From: a virus
Taxonomy: Duplodnaviria; Caudoviricetes
DNA length: 64,000 nucleotides
IMG/VR virus record: IMGVR_UViG_2706795432_000001
Coordinates: 11,029 to 75,028 of that record
Strand: one strand, 5' to 3'
The translations under genes were made by a program, and so were the position numbers. Positions 48,350-56,312 of the stretch are shown one piece after another (the first letter of the stretch is position 1; each line of letters opens with the position of its first letter). Below the pieces are notes generated by a model. It saw only the letters and a list, made by a program, of their open reading frames with translations, made no database searches and was not told the origin of the DNA.

Positions 48350-48463
48350 TCACCCCCCTCCCGAGAACCAACGGGAGTAGAGGTTTCGGACCCAGACAGG
48401 CTGGGGGAGTACGTTCCAGCCGATAATCAGGCCAACACCCACTCCGAGTGCGAATTCAAACAT
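48350..48463 (-). CDS. 37-aa membrane peptide
   Basis: AGGAGG RBS; MFEFALGVGVGLIIGWNVLPQPVW. Confidence 0.6.
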   Translation of the reverse strand: MFEFALGVGVGLIIGWNVLPQPVWVRNLYSRWFSGGG

Positions 48464-48690
48464 TATGCCACCTCCTTTTCTTTGGCTTCTACTGCGGCGA
48501 AGACTGCAAGGTTCTTCGCTTCCCACAGGCTCCGAAGAGCCAGTGTACATTCTGCCGAATCAGGCAGAGTTTCTACAAGGTTCACAGCCAGATCATAGAA
48601 CGGCTTGGATGCTGCTTGCAGATGTTCGGGAAGATGGCTGTAACGGAAAAGGCTTACTGCCTTATCCATGCGTTGTTCATACGTCTGCAT
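48463..48690 (-). CDS. Small helical-hairpin protein, possibly Acb2/Tad1-like
   Basis: GGAG RBS; FRYSHLPEHLQAASKPF..LPDSAECTLALRSLWEAKNLAVFAA. Confidence 0.55.
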   Translation of the reverse strand: MQTYEQRMDKAVSLFRYSHLPEHLQAASKPFYDLAVNLVETLPDSAECTLALRSLWEAKNLAVFAAVEAKEKEVA

Positions 48691-49840
48691 CTGGATCTCC
48701 AAAGACTTGGGAGGCTTTCACCGTGAAGCGAGAGGTCTCTCCTTCGATTTCATCGTAGATGACTGCTTGAGCCATCGCTGTCTCTCCGAAAGCTGAACCA
48801 TAGAGATCAGGTTCTGACCAGTTGGAGGCTTGCTCCCACATTACTCCGGGGAACTGCTCGACCTTACGATGATGTTTGTCTCCCGTCCAGACAGTAATGT
48901 GCTCCACTTCGGCTATGTCCTTGCGATAGCGTTGAAGAAACTGCATCACCAGTCGATCAGGTTTGATCTTGTCACCATGATGACCGAACAATGCCACTTT
49001 GCCAAAGATGTGCGCCCAGTAAGCATTGGGGTCCATCTCGACAGTGACATTCAGTTGGTTGTGATATCGCCATTTGGCACCCTGAAGCAGAGCCAGATAG
49101 CTATCTCCATCATGGTTTCCTCGTTTGATCACGAGACGAACATCAGAGATTTGTGCAGCGATATCAGTGGTATGGATGATTTGCTCACCCGTGGTATCCA
49201 CGACTTTGAAATGACGAGAGTCAACATCGAGGATGTGATCAGATCCGTGAGTGGCAGTCATTGGCACCTGACCATTAGCGTGGAGAACATCACCGTTGTA
49301 GTACAGGATGATCTCTTGGACTCCTTCCTTCTCGACGTGATCGAAGAGACGGCAGAGCCAGTCTTGAAGACGAGTCATGGCGATCTGAAGATCCCAGTCT
49401 CCGTATCCGGTTTCAGCACCCCATGCGAGAGCACCAGAATGAAGGTCATTGATGGAAATGAAGGCTTTTTTGACCCTATCGGTCAAAAGCAGTGCGGGTG
49501 GTTTGAAAAGGACTGGAGATGTGCCTGTGAATTTGGCTGCAATTTCGTCGATACGATCTTCTTCTTCTTTGGTTTTGTCCTTGGAAAACCTGAAGCTGTA
49601 GGTTCGACCGTGTTTGTCTGGGGTCTGTGATTTGACCCATCCTCCATCTGGAATACCGATGAATCCCAATTCATCCATTCCATCGAGAACTGCTTGTTCA
49701 GCTAGGTCACGGGAACCAATTCTCTTTTCCATTTGTTGAATTGATCGTCGGGCTGTGGATTCATGGACACCAAAATGTCTGGCCACATCCGTATAGGATG
49801 GCTTCCCATTCTGGGACCAATAGTCATAGTATTTGCTCAT
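48677..49840 (-). CDS. Calcineurin-like metallophosphoesterase with N-terminal HTH
   Basis: NDLH, NGDVLH, RGNHD, GHHGD, GDKHH motifs; SYTDVARHFGVHESTARR HTH. Confidence 0.85.
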   Translation of the reverse strand: MSKYYDYWSQNGKPSYTDVARHFGVHESTARRSIQQMEKRIGSRDLAEQAVLDGMDELGFIGIPDGGWVKSQTPDKHGRTYSFRFSKDKTKEEEDRIDEIAAKFTGTSPVLFKPPALLLTDRVKKAFISINDLHSGALAWGAETGYGDWDLQIAMTRLQDWLCRLFDHVEKEGVQEIILYYNGDVLHANGQVPMTATHGSDHILDVDSRHFKVVDTTGEQIIHTTDIAAQISDVRLVIKRGNHDGDSYLALLQGAKWRYHNQLNVTVEMDPNAYWAHIFGKVALFGHHGDKIKPDRLVMQFLQRYRKDIAEVEHITVWTGDKHHRKVEQFPGVMWEQASNWSEPDLYGSAFGETAMAQAVIYDEIEGETSRFTVKASQVFGDPDADV

Positions 49841-49843
49841 GTC

Positions 49844-49877
49844 GGGAGTCCCTTCTTATCTAAGGTCAGGGACTCCC
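49844..49877 (-). promoter_or_regulatory. Hairpin occluding phosphoesterase RBS
   Basis: GGGAGTCCCT / AGGGACTCCC 10-bp perfect stem ending 3 nt before the ATG. Confidence 0.6.
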
Positions 49878-49888
49878 TATCATCATGA

Positions 49889-50875
49889 TCAACCGTGGTA
49901 AACTTCATTCGGAATGAGCTTCCGATGCTGAATCCAGCCTGTGAGGTTTCCATGGAGATGCTCAGAATGCCATCCTTCCAGATTCCCAGAAGTCGGACAT
50001 TTGATCCGTTCATCAGGTTTTGCCTGATGCTCGAACGGCGAAGCATGAACACGTTCATCGTTCATCAGCAGCTTGGCTCGATCCAGTTCAGCAGTGATGG
50101 AGCCATCACCATTGAAAGGTTTGTACGAGATCCGAGCACAACGAGCAGCAGAGATGTTGAGCAGGATTTGATTAACGAAATCAGTACCTTGCCCACCATA
50201 GAGACCTTTGACATGCTTGATGTCTTTCTCTGTGATGTATGGCATGTGCCACTGTTCCAGAGTCAGATTCTGCACGTCAGCTTCACTGATGGCTTTTGCC
50301 ACCAGATTGGCCAGATCAATGAGATGAGGCTCTGCTGCATGGTGTTGACGAAGCCATAGGAAGTTATCCCACTGGGTTGCTGTGATCAGTGTGTCCATCC
50401 ACGAGAATGGCTCCAACAGACGGTTGGGGTTCTGTTTGTGATATCCAGCCTCCATAAAGGCTTCAGCTATATCAGCAGCTTCTGTACGGGCATGAAGCCA
50501 TGCTTCTTCATTGGTCATGCGGACAGTCTCATAGTCCAGTTCCTGAGTGATCTCATCCACTTGAGGGACATCGAGTTCAATCAGTTCATTGCACTCTTCA
50601 GAAGCCTGCATTCCCTTCTGGTTCTTTCCCCAGTGCCACGGCACATAAGGAATGGTCCGAACCTCATTCAGCATGGTTTTGACCGGAACAGCACGGGAAG
50701 ACCGAGCATTTCGACCAAAGACCCGATGGGTCATGATCTCACCATGAATAGGACGCGGGTATCGCATCCGAATGGTGTAGATGTGGGGACAAGCATTTGC
50801 AGCAGAAGCCAAGATGACTTCCACCTGCATTTGAGGTTGTCCCGGATGGGTGTAGACAAGATTACTCGTTTCCAT
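49889..50875 (-). CDS. thyX: Flavin-dependent thymidylate synthase
   Basis: Start METSN (AAGGAG RBS); MTHRVFGRNARSSRAVP, NRLLEPF, SAARCARISY, HASPFEH. Confidence 0.88.
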   Translation of the reverse strand: METSNLVYTHPGQPQMQVEVILASAANACPHIYTIRMRYPRPIHGEIMTHRVFGRNARSSRAVPVKTMLNEVRTIPYVPWHWGKNQKGMQASEECNELIELDVPQVDEITQELDYETVRMTNEEAWLHARTEAADIAEAFMEAGYHKQNPNRLLEPFSWMDTLITATQWDNFLWLRQHHAAEPHLIDLANLVAKAISEADVQNLTLEQWHMPYITEKDIKHVKGLYGGQGTDFVNQILLNISAARCARISYKPFNGDGSITAELDRAKLLMNDERVHASPFEHQAKPDERIKCPTSGNLEGWHSEHLHGNLTGWIQHRKLIPNEVYHG

Positions 50876-51311
50876 CTTCAATCTCCTTTGCCAATTTCTT
50901 GGATTCCCAGTGATTGATAGCACGGTCAAGTTCTTGCTGCCCCAATTCAGCCAGTTGCCCGATATCGAGCTTTGGCGTTTTTGGGGTAGCACGGTCGTCG
51001 ATGATGACACCCTGCATGACATTGTGAACGAGCATGGCAGTGGACGAAGCGATGAGCATGTAGTGAGGAATCCCGGTATCAGGATCCTTTTCTTCCCCAT
51101 CTTTCAGTGCCTTGCAATGTCGTTCGATGGAATTGATCAGGGAGCGATAACTCAGCCCCTTCTCAAAGTTACGGGCAGCATATTTATGCTCACCGAGGCC
51201 AAGACCTACAGCAGCCGCAACGACCAATTCAAATGGAACCAAGTCAGTGTCGATCTTGGTTCCAATGGATTGTCGCATGGCACCCGTTTCTGTGGTCCCC
51301 CACTCAGCCAT
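50862..51311 (-). CDS. dATP/dGTP diphosphohydrolase-domain protein (DUF5664-like)
   Basis: DLVP..GEHKYAARNFEKG..SIERH..DPDTGIPH..A pattern. Confidence 0.75.
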   Translation of the reverse strand: MAEWGTTETGAMRQSIGTKIDTDLVPFELVVAAAVGLGLGEHKYAARNFEKGLSYRSLINSIERHCKALKDGEEKDPDTGIPHYMLIASSTAMLVHNVMQGVIIDDRATPKTPKLDIGQLAELGQQELDRAINHWESKKLAKEIEDGNE

Positions 51312-51765
51312 TCAGCACCTGCAAAGAACGCTTCACAGCTTCCAGATCCTGCTCGACATCGAGCTTTTCACTGTACATCTGATTCAGCAGGGTACTGGTC
51401 TGAGCATGGCTCATACGCTCATTGTAGAGAGCAGTGGAGAGTTCACCGATGCGACCTTGCTGTTCCATCAGAGAGACGGAAGCATGGTTCAGGATGAACG
51501 CGAAGAAGTCACCCATCTGGTTTGCCTGAGCAATGTGATCGGTGGCTTTTTTGTGACGCTCTTGCGATTTGGAAAGCAGATCTTGCAGAGCGATCATGGC
51601 ACGAGGGATGTCAGTCCCTTCGAAACCAAGCTGATCGACACGCTTGTTCTGTTTCACAGCACGAGCCACGATGGCACGAACCTCTTTCATCCGCCGACGC
51701 TTGAATTCGGGGGATTCTTCGGTTGCCACCATCGAAGTCACGTTCGAGGTTTTGGCTTTGGTCAT
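51304..51765 (-). CDS. Coiled-coil hypothetical protein
   Basis: AAGGAGG RBS; helical heptads. Confidence 0.7.
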   Translation of the reverse strand: MTKAKTSNVTSMVATEESPEFKRRRMKEVRAIVARAVKQNKRVDQLGFEGTDIPRAMIALQDLLSKSQERHKKATDHIAQANQMGDFFAFILNHASVSLMEQQGRIGELSTALYNERMSHAQTSTLLNQMYSEKLDVEQDLEAVKRSLQVLNG

Positions 51766-51973
51766 TGGAGCCTCCTTGGTTGGGGGACTTCCACCCCCTC
51801 GTCAGGAAAACCTGTCTGCCGCTCTTAACGACTTTTTCTATATGTCTCTTCTCACTATTCCCGGTGGCTTCTCCGGGATCCAGATCAAGCCCAGAACTCG
51901 ACGGATTACGGAATCGAAGCCAGAAGGGTAAGGGAACTGAGACAAAGGCTCCCTTGGGGTGAAACAGTGAGGA

Positions 51974-52237
51974 TCAGATGGACCGCCACTGAAGATCCGG
52001 GGGTCCGAGAAATGCCATCGGCATCTCGTAGCCCAAATAATCAGGGGAGTCAGGATCAGTAGCCATGGCAATCTGATCATTGAATTCCTCCTCAGTCATT
52101 CCTGTGTTTCCTTCCTGATACTCTTGGTTCAGGCAGGCAATCAGGACATCATTGTTTGACGGTAGATTGAACATTTCTTCTGTCAATTCAGACAGTTGAA
52201 ACTCTCCGTCGATTCTCCAGAGCACGTAGAAGATCAT
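51974..52237 (-). CDS. Acidic hypothetical protein
   Basis: ATGA overlap with dcd; 87 aa. Confidence 0.6.
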   Translation of the reverse strand: MIFYVLWRIDGEFQLSELTEEMFNLPSNNDVLIACLNQEYQEGNTGMTEEEFNDQIAMATDPDSPDYLGYEMPMAFLGPPDLQWRSI

Positions 52238-52722
52238 TCAAACTTCGCCTCCTGTGGATTGTCAGTTTGGTTTTGGTATTTGCCTTCATACTGAGCCTCA
52301 TCAGAGGTCAGATGGAAGACCACTTGAGCAATCCCAGATCCAGCAGGAATCTTCAGGATACCATTGCCTTTGTAGGCAAGCTCAAGGGTTAGGAATCCCT
52401 TCCAGCCGGGTTCAATGACAGTGTTGAACACACTCAAGGCTTGTCTGGCCCATGTGCTCTTATCATGAACGATACCCACCAGATTGGTAGGCATCTGGAA
52501 TTCCTCGATAGCCGAAGCCAGAGTGAATGAACCCTCTGACACAGCACCATCACAAAAGACGAGTTGTCTTCCCTGACGGTTGTCGAATTGGATCTCTTGT
52601 TTGATCCGGATGTCATACCCTGCTTCTCCTAAACCAAAGGAAACACCATTCTCTTTGATCTTATCAACGTACATGTCCTTGATCGGAGATATCCGAAGCA
52701 GGGCTTCACGATTTACGATCAT
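52234..52722 (-). CDS. dcd: dCTP deaminase
   Basis: Start MIVNREALL; GLGEAGYDIR, HDKSTWARQAL, IEPGWKGFLTLE, YEGKYQNQ. Confidence 0.88.
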   Translation of the reverse strand: MIVNREALLRISPIKDMYVDKIKENGVSFGLGEAGYDIRIKQEIQFDNRQGRQLVFCDGAVSEGSFTLASAIEEFQMPTNLVGIVHDKSTWARQALSVFNTVIEPGWKGFLTLELAYKGNGILKIPAGSGIAQVVFHLTSDEAQYEGKYQNQTDNPQEAKFE

Positions 52723-53002
52723 TGAGTTTCTCCTCTGGAAAAGCAGAAGCCAGAGCCTTGAGAACAAGACGCCAGACATTCTGCTGATTTCGTTTGTGGT
52801 TTTTGACGGAACCGACACGAAGAGGTGACTTCCAGACATGGGCATTCCGATACTCGGTCCCGTCTTTCTGTTTTCGAGCCACCTTACAGATGTAGTTTCC
52901 CACATCACGGCTGCCGGATCCATCATTGGCAATGATTGTGCGACCAATCTCTGTTACTTTGCCAGTGATAGCAGAGTGTAGTTCGAGTTTCAGAACAAGC
53001 AT
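52706..53002 (-). CDS. Hypothetical protein
   Basis: Likely start MLVLKLELH; IIANDGSGSRDVGNY. Confidence 0.6.
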   Translation of the reverse strand: MLVLKLELHSAITGKVTEIGRTIIANDGSGSRDVGNYICKVARKQKDGTEYRNAHVWKSPLRVGSVKNHKRNQQNVWRLVLKALASAFPEEKLNDRKS

Positions 53003-53003
53003 A

Positions 53004-54356
53004 TTATTTCTCCGGGATGAGGTAGACCTCACCATAGGTGACTGCATCGAGATATGGATCATACACATTCATGTCAGGCACGAACCAGATGGTCTCCCAG
53101 TCAGGTTTGGGAGGAATGGATACCGCAAGGTCAGTGAAGATGACAAGAGCTTCAGGCATGATTTGCGAAACTCTCTGATACACCGGATGAAGTGATGTAC
53201 CACCGCCACACATGGTCGGGATGTTGTCCAGTTCCTCATCTTCACGGAAAGTGTGTTCGAATTGGATCTGAGTATCCCACAGCATGACTGTCATCAGTTG
53301 AGGATTCAGCTTTTCTTTCAGCGTCTTAGCCGAACGAAGAAACTGTTGCCGTTGATGGCTGGTGATCGAACCAGAGATGTCCAAGGCATAAACCAAGTGA
53401 GTCAAACGGTTCTTGCGTCCACGTTTGGGGTACTTGCCCTTCAAGCGAAGACCACCTTTCTTCTGGCGACGAGAGGGACGCATGAAGGTTCGCTTCCCTC
53501 CACTCAAAGGATCTGTCAGATAATCCTCAAAGATTTCTTCGTAAGCTGCTGATTTGATGAAGACTTTTTTGCCTTCAGTGGACAGGATGGTATGGGTTCC
53601 ACCTGCTTGGTTCCCAGCCTGTTTGCCACCTTCGATGGCATTGTCCACAGCCTGTTCATTCTCTTCAGCTTGTTGCTGAAGATCTTTCCCAGAGCCTTCA
53701 AGAGCTTGCTTGACCAGTTCTTCGATCTGATCTTTCGAAGGACCACTACCACCACCGGGATGGGAATCAGGATTCTTCTTCCGCTCTTCATAGATGACAC
53801 TGTAAATCGCGTCAGATCCCATTCCCTTGAACCGATGATCCAAGACCATCCCAGCACCACCGAAGTCAGTGTTGGGACGACCATTGAAGGTGTGCTTGGT
53901 CATGAACCCATCATCTTCACAGGCTTGGTTCACCACATGGTCAATGGCGAGAGCATAGGATTCAGGATCCTTGTCTACACCACGTTCCAAGTGTTTGCAG
54001 ATCAGGTGATAGATCTCATGAGCGATAACGGTTTTCCGTTCCTCATGAACCATCTGATCCCACCAATCAGGATTGAAGAAGATGAATCCATGACCAGCAC
54101 AGGCAGTCGGAATAGCCTTGGACCAGTAGAAGTTGATGTCGTAGACGTAGCGACTCATGCCTTTGAATCGCTTATCCTTTTCGAGCATCTCTTCCACGTA
54201 GGCTGCCAAGGTATCATCAGCCGAAAGGAGTTCACCAACGCCCGTCACTGTTCCAGAGGTCGTCTGCCCAGTTTGGGTCTGAGAAATCTGGTTCGGATCC
54301 ATGGATTGGTTTGACGTGTTTGCCCCAGCCGTCTGGTCCTTCAACGCGGTCTGCAT
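53004..54356 (-). CDS. Metallopeptidase-vWA protein (N4 gp25-like, DUF2201-like); start uncertain
   Basis: IPTAC..FFNP..IAHEIYH (HExxH); vWA MIDAS LDISGSIT, GGGTS, FTDL. Confidence 0.85.
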   Translation of the reverse strand: MQTALKDQTAGANTSNQSMDPNQISQTQTGQTTSGTVTGVGELLSADDTLAAYVEEMLEKDKRFKGMSRYVYDINFYWSKAIPTACAGHGFIFFNPDWWDQMVHEERKTVIAHEIYHLICKHLERGVDKDPESYALAIDHVVNQACEDDGFMTKHTFNGRPNTDFGGAGMVLDHRFKGMGSDAIYSVIYEERKKNPDSHPGGGSGPSKDQIEELVKQALEGSGKDLQQQAEENEQAVDNAIEGGKQAGNQAGGTHTILSTEGKKVFIKSAAYEEIFEDYLTDPLSGGKRTFMRPSRRQKKGGLRLKGKYPKRGRKNRLTHLVYALDISGSITSHQRQQFLRSAKTLKEKLNPQLMTVMLWDTQIQFEHTFREDEELDNIPTMCGGGTSLHPVYQRVSQIMPEALVIFTDLAVSIPPKPDWETIWFVPDMNVYDPYLDAVTYGEVYLIPEK

Positions 54357-54816
54357 AGCTTTGTCCTTTCCCTGCAAAGAGGTTCGTGGATGGTTTTCGT
54401 GATGAAGAGATCAGGTTACGCAGTGCTTCCACATACTTCTGATTCTCCAGTTTGGAGATGGAGTCATGTTCATCCTGTGTCAGAAAGCCTTTCTTGATAG
54501 CAGTCTGTACATAGACTTCCACTTGCTCCCAGTCCTCTTGTTGAGAAGACTGGGTGATCTCACGAGACAGATTGTCTTTCTCTGCCTTGTCTTGGGAAGT
54601 CGTATCCGTTTTCAGCTTCCATTTCTTCTTCGAATTGGCATCAAACGGAGAACGAACAGGGTTGGCGATATCCCGTTCAATCGAGATATCCCCTTGTTTC
54701 AGAAGAATCTTCACTTCTTTCTCAAGATCCTGAGTTGTGATCTGATTATTCAGATACAGTTCCTGAAGCTCATGGAGCTTCTTGTCAGCATCTTGAGTCC
54801 GAGCGTTGATCTTCAT
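54232..54816 (-). CDS. Hypothetical protein between gp24-like and gp25-like
   Basis: GAGG RBS before MKINAR; 3' end overlaps the vWA ORF. Confidence 0.55.
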   Translation of the reverse strand: MKINARTQDADKKLHELQELYLNNQITTQDLEKEVKILLKQGDISIERDIANPVRSPFDANSKKKWKLKTDTTSQDKAEKDNLSREITQSSQQEDWEQVEVYVQTAIKKGFLTQDEHDSISKLENQKYVEALRNLISSSRKPSTNLFAGKGQSYADRVEGPDGWGKHVKPIHGSEPDFSDPNWADDLWNSDGRW

Positions 54817-54820
54817 TCCC

Positions 54821-56053
54821 TCAAAAGGGGTTGCTCCCGGAGGAACTACCTCCTTTCGGAGCCGTCCCAAGCAGAGGGTCGATGTTCAGACGTTCAGCAG
54901 TCTGGGTGAGCAGACGCTTGTCGCTGGGAGTGTCTTTCAGGTTGCCCTTGATGGTGCTCAGGAACAGTTCACTGTATTCACCACCGACACGGTTGATGTA
55001 GATCAACACGTTGTCACGAGTCTGGTTGTCCGATTCAAGGAAGTAATCGGCCAGATCGTTCATCAGCTTGGCTTTGGCCACACCTGCACTCGGGACACGA
55101 GTGGACGACGGAGACTGTGCAATCTCCCACGGGTACGGAAGCTGGATGTTTTCGTCATACTCTTCCTTGAAGGAACGAGCAGCACGAACACCAACAGCAG
55201 CCGACATCAGGTTGTAGCACATGGCACTGATAGGCTGTCCCGATGTGACCATCTGGCCAGTCGGTACACCAGCAGCGTCCACACCTTCTTCGGTCTTCTG
55301 GGTCAGCTTCTCGTGCATGTTGACATGAGCAAAGACCTTTTCCCAGCCACGAGGAGTTGGATAGGTTTCCAGTTCCTCACGTTCCTTGGCTTTGGTCGGT
55401 GCATACAGCATCTTCGGGTTCTTCTTGATGAAGTCCACCACAGCAGCATTGGAACCAGAGTGCTGATGTTCAGCCCAGTAGGTCCAATCCTTGTTGGAGA
55501 CAGTCATCTCACAGGGCAGCATCCGAGTGATCAGAGTGTCAGGCAGTTCCCGTGCAATTGCAGAGTCAGCAGCACGGTTGCCAGCAGCCACAACCAGACA
55601 CTTGGGATGGAGCTTCTTACCACCAACCATCCGGTCAAGGATGATCGAATAGGCAGCAGCCAGCACTTCTTCAGTGGCCGAGGACAGTTCGTCGAGGAAT
55701 AGCATCCAGCCACTGTAGCCGTCAGGGATAGGATCCCCTTCAAGGGGGAAGGTGTCGAACGGGAGATAGATGGCCTTGCCACGTTCCTCATCACGTTCCG
55801 GAAGACCAGTCATGTCTTCACTCAGCATCTGACTCAGACGAAGGTCGATCATCAGAGCATTTGCGTCGTCTGCGACCTGAGCCACGACTTGCGATTTGCC
55901 AATGGCAGGCGGGCCAGAGACATACGGCACCTGCTTGCACTGAAGAGCAGCGGTGACGAATTCGTAGACTTCTGTCGGAGAAAGTTTCGGAATTGCGGAT
56001 GACATTGTGTGTTTCCTTCTAGGTTGAACAAAAAACCAGAAGAACAAAGTCAA
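54821..56053 (-). CDS. MoxR-like AAA+ ATPase (N4 gp24-like); probable start about 56005
   Basis: GPPAIGKS, LFLDELSSA, VAAGNR, PTPRGW. Confidence 0.88.
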   Translation of the reverse strand: MTLFFWFFVQPRRKHTMSSAIPKLSPTEVYEFVTAALQCKQVPYVSGPPAIGKSQVVAQVADDANALMIDLRLSQMLSEDMTGLPERDEERGKAIYLPFDTFPLEGDPIPDGYSGWMLFLDELSSATEEVLAAAYSIILDRMVGGKKLHPKCLVVAAGNRAADSAIARELPDTLITRMLPCEMTVSNKDWTYWAEHQHSGSNAAVVDFIKKNPKMLYAPTKAKEREELETYPTPRGWEKVFAHVNMHEKLTQKTEEGVDAAGVPTGQMVTSGQPISAMCYNLMSAAVGVRAARSFKEEYDENIQLPYPWEIAQSPSSTRVPSAGVAKAKLMNDLADYFLESDNQTRDNVLIYINRVGGEYSELFLSTIKGNLKDTPSDKRLLTQTAERLNIDPLLGTAPKGGSSSGSNPF

Positions 56054-56262
56054 GGAAGTGGTTTGATCTTGTATCCGTAGACCTGATCCATGTCTTTGGC
56101 CATCACAGCCACAGTCATTTTATGGTTTGGATTCAGAGAGGATCCCATGAACATGAGATCAGGTCTGTCTTCCACCAACTCCTCAGAATGGAAAACAGTT
56201 CTTGTTTCCTCCTGAAAGTAATAGTAGGTCTCTACTTGCTTGGTCATTGCGCTGTCCTTCAT
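56050..56262 (-). CDS. Hypothetical protein
   Basis: The track's N-terminus is actually a terminator; start at 56262 or 56247. Confidence 0.55.
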   Translation of the reverse strand: MKDSAMTKQVETYYYFQEETRTVFHSEELVEDRPDLMFMGSSLNPNHKMTVAVMAKDMDQVYGYKIKPLP

Positions 56263-56266
56263 GGTC

Positions 56267-56304
56267 AAAAAAGAATCCCCTCCCCAGCTTATGCTGGAGA
56301 GGGG
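56267..56304 (-). terminator. Terminator after RNAP2
   Basis: Minus strand CCCCTCTCCAGC-ATAA-GCTGGGGAGGGG-ATTCTTTTTT. Confidence 0.8.
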
Positions 56305-56312
56305 GTTTTTGT

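Noticed and set aside
48360-48378. ACCAACGGGAGT match to the promoter motif upstream of the tRNAs
   Set aside because: It is inside a coding ORF and the stem fails (G:G outer pair, A.A second pair); at best a degenerate copy
50862-51311. Z-genome or deazaguanine DNA modification system
   Set aside because: No purZ, datZ, dpdA or preQ0 synthesis genes recognised in the window
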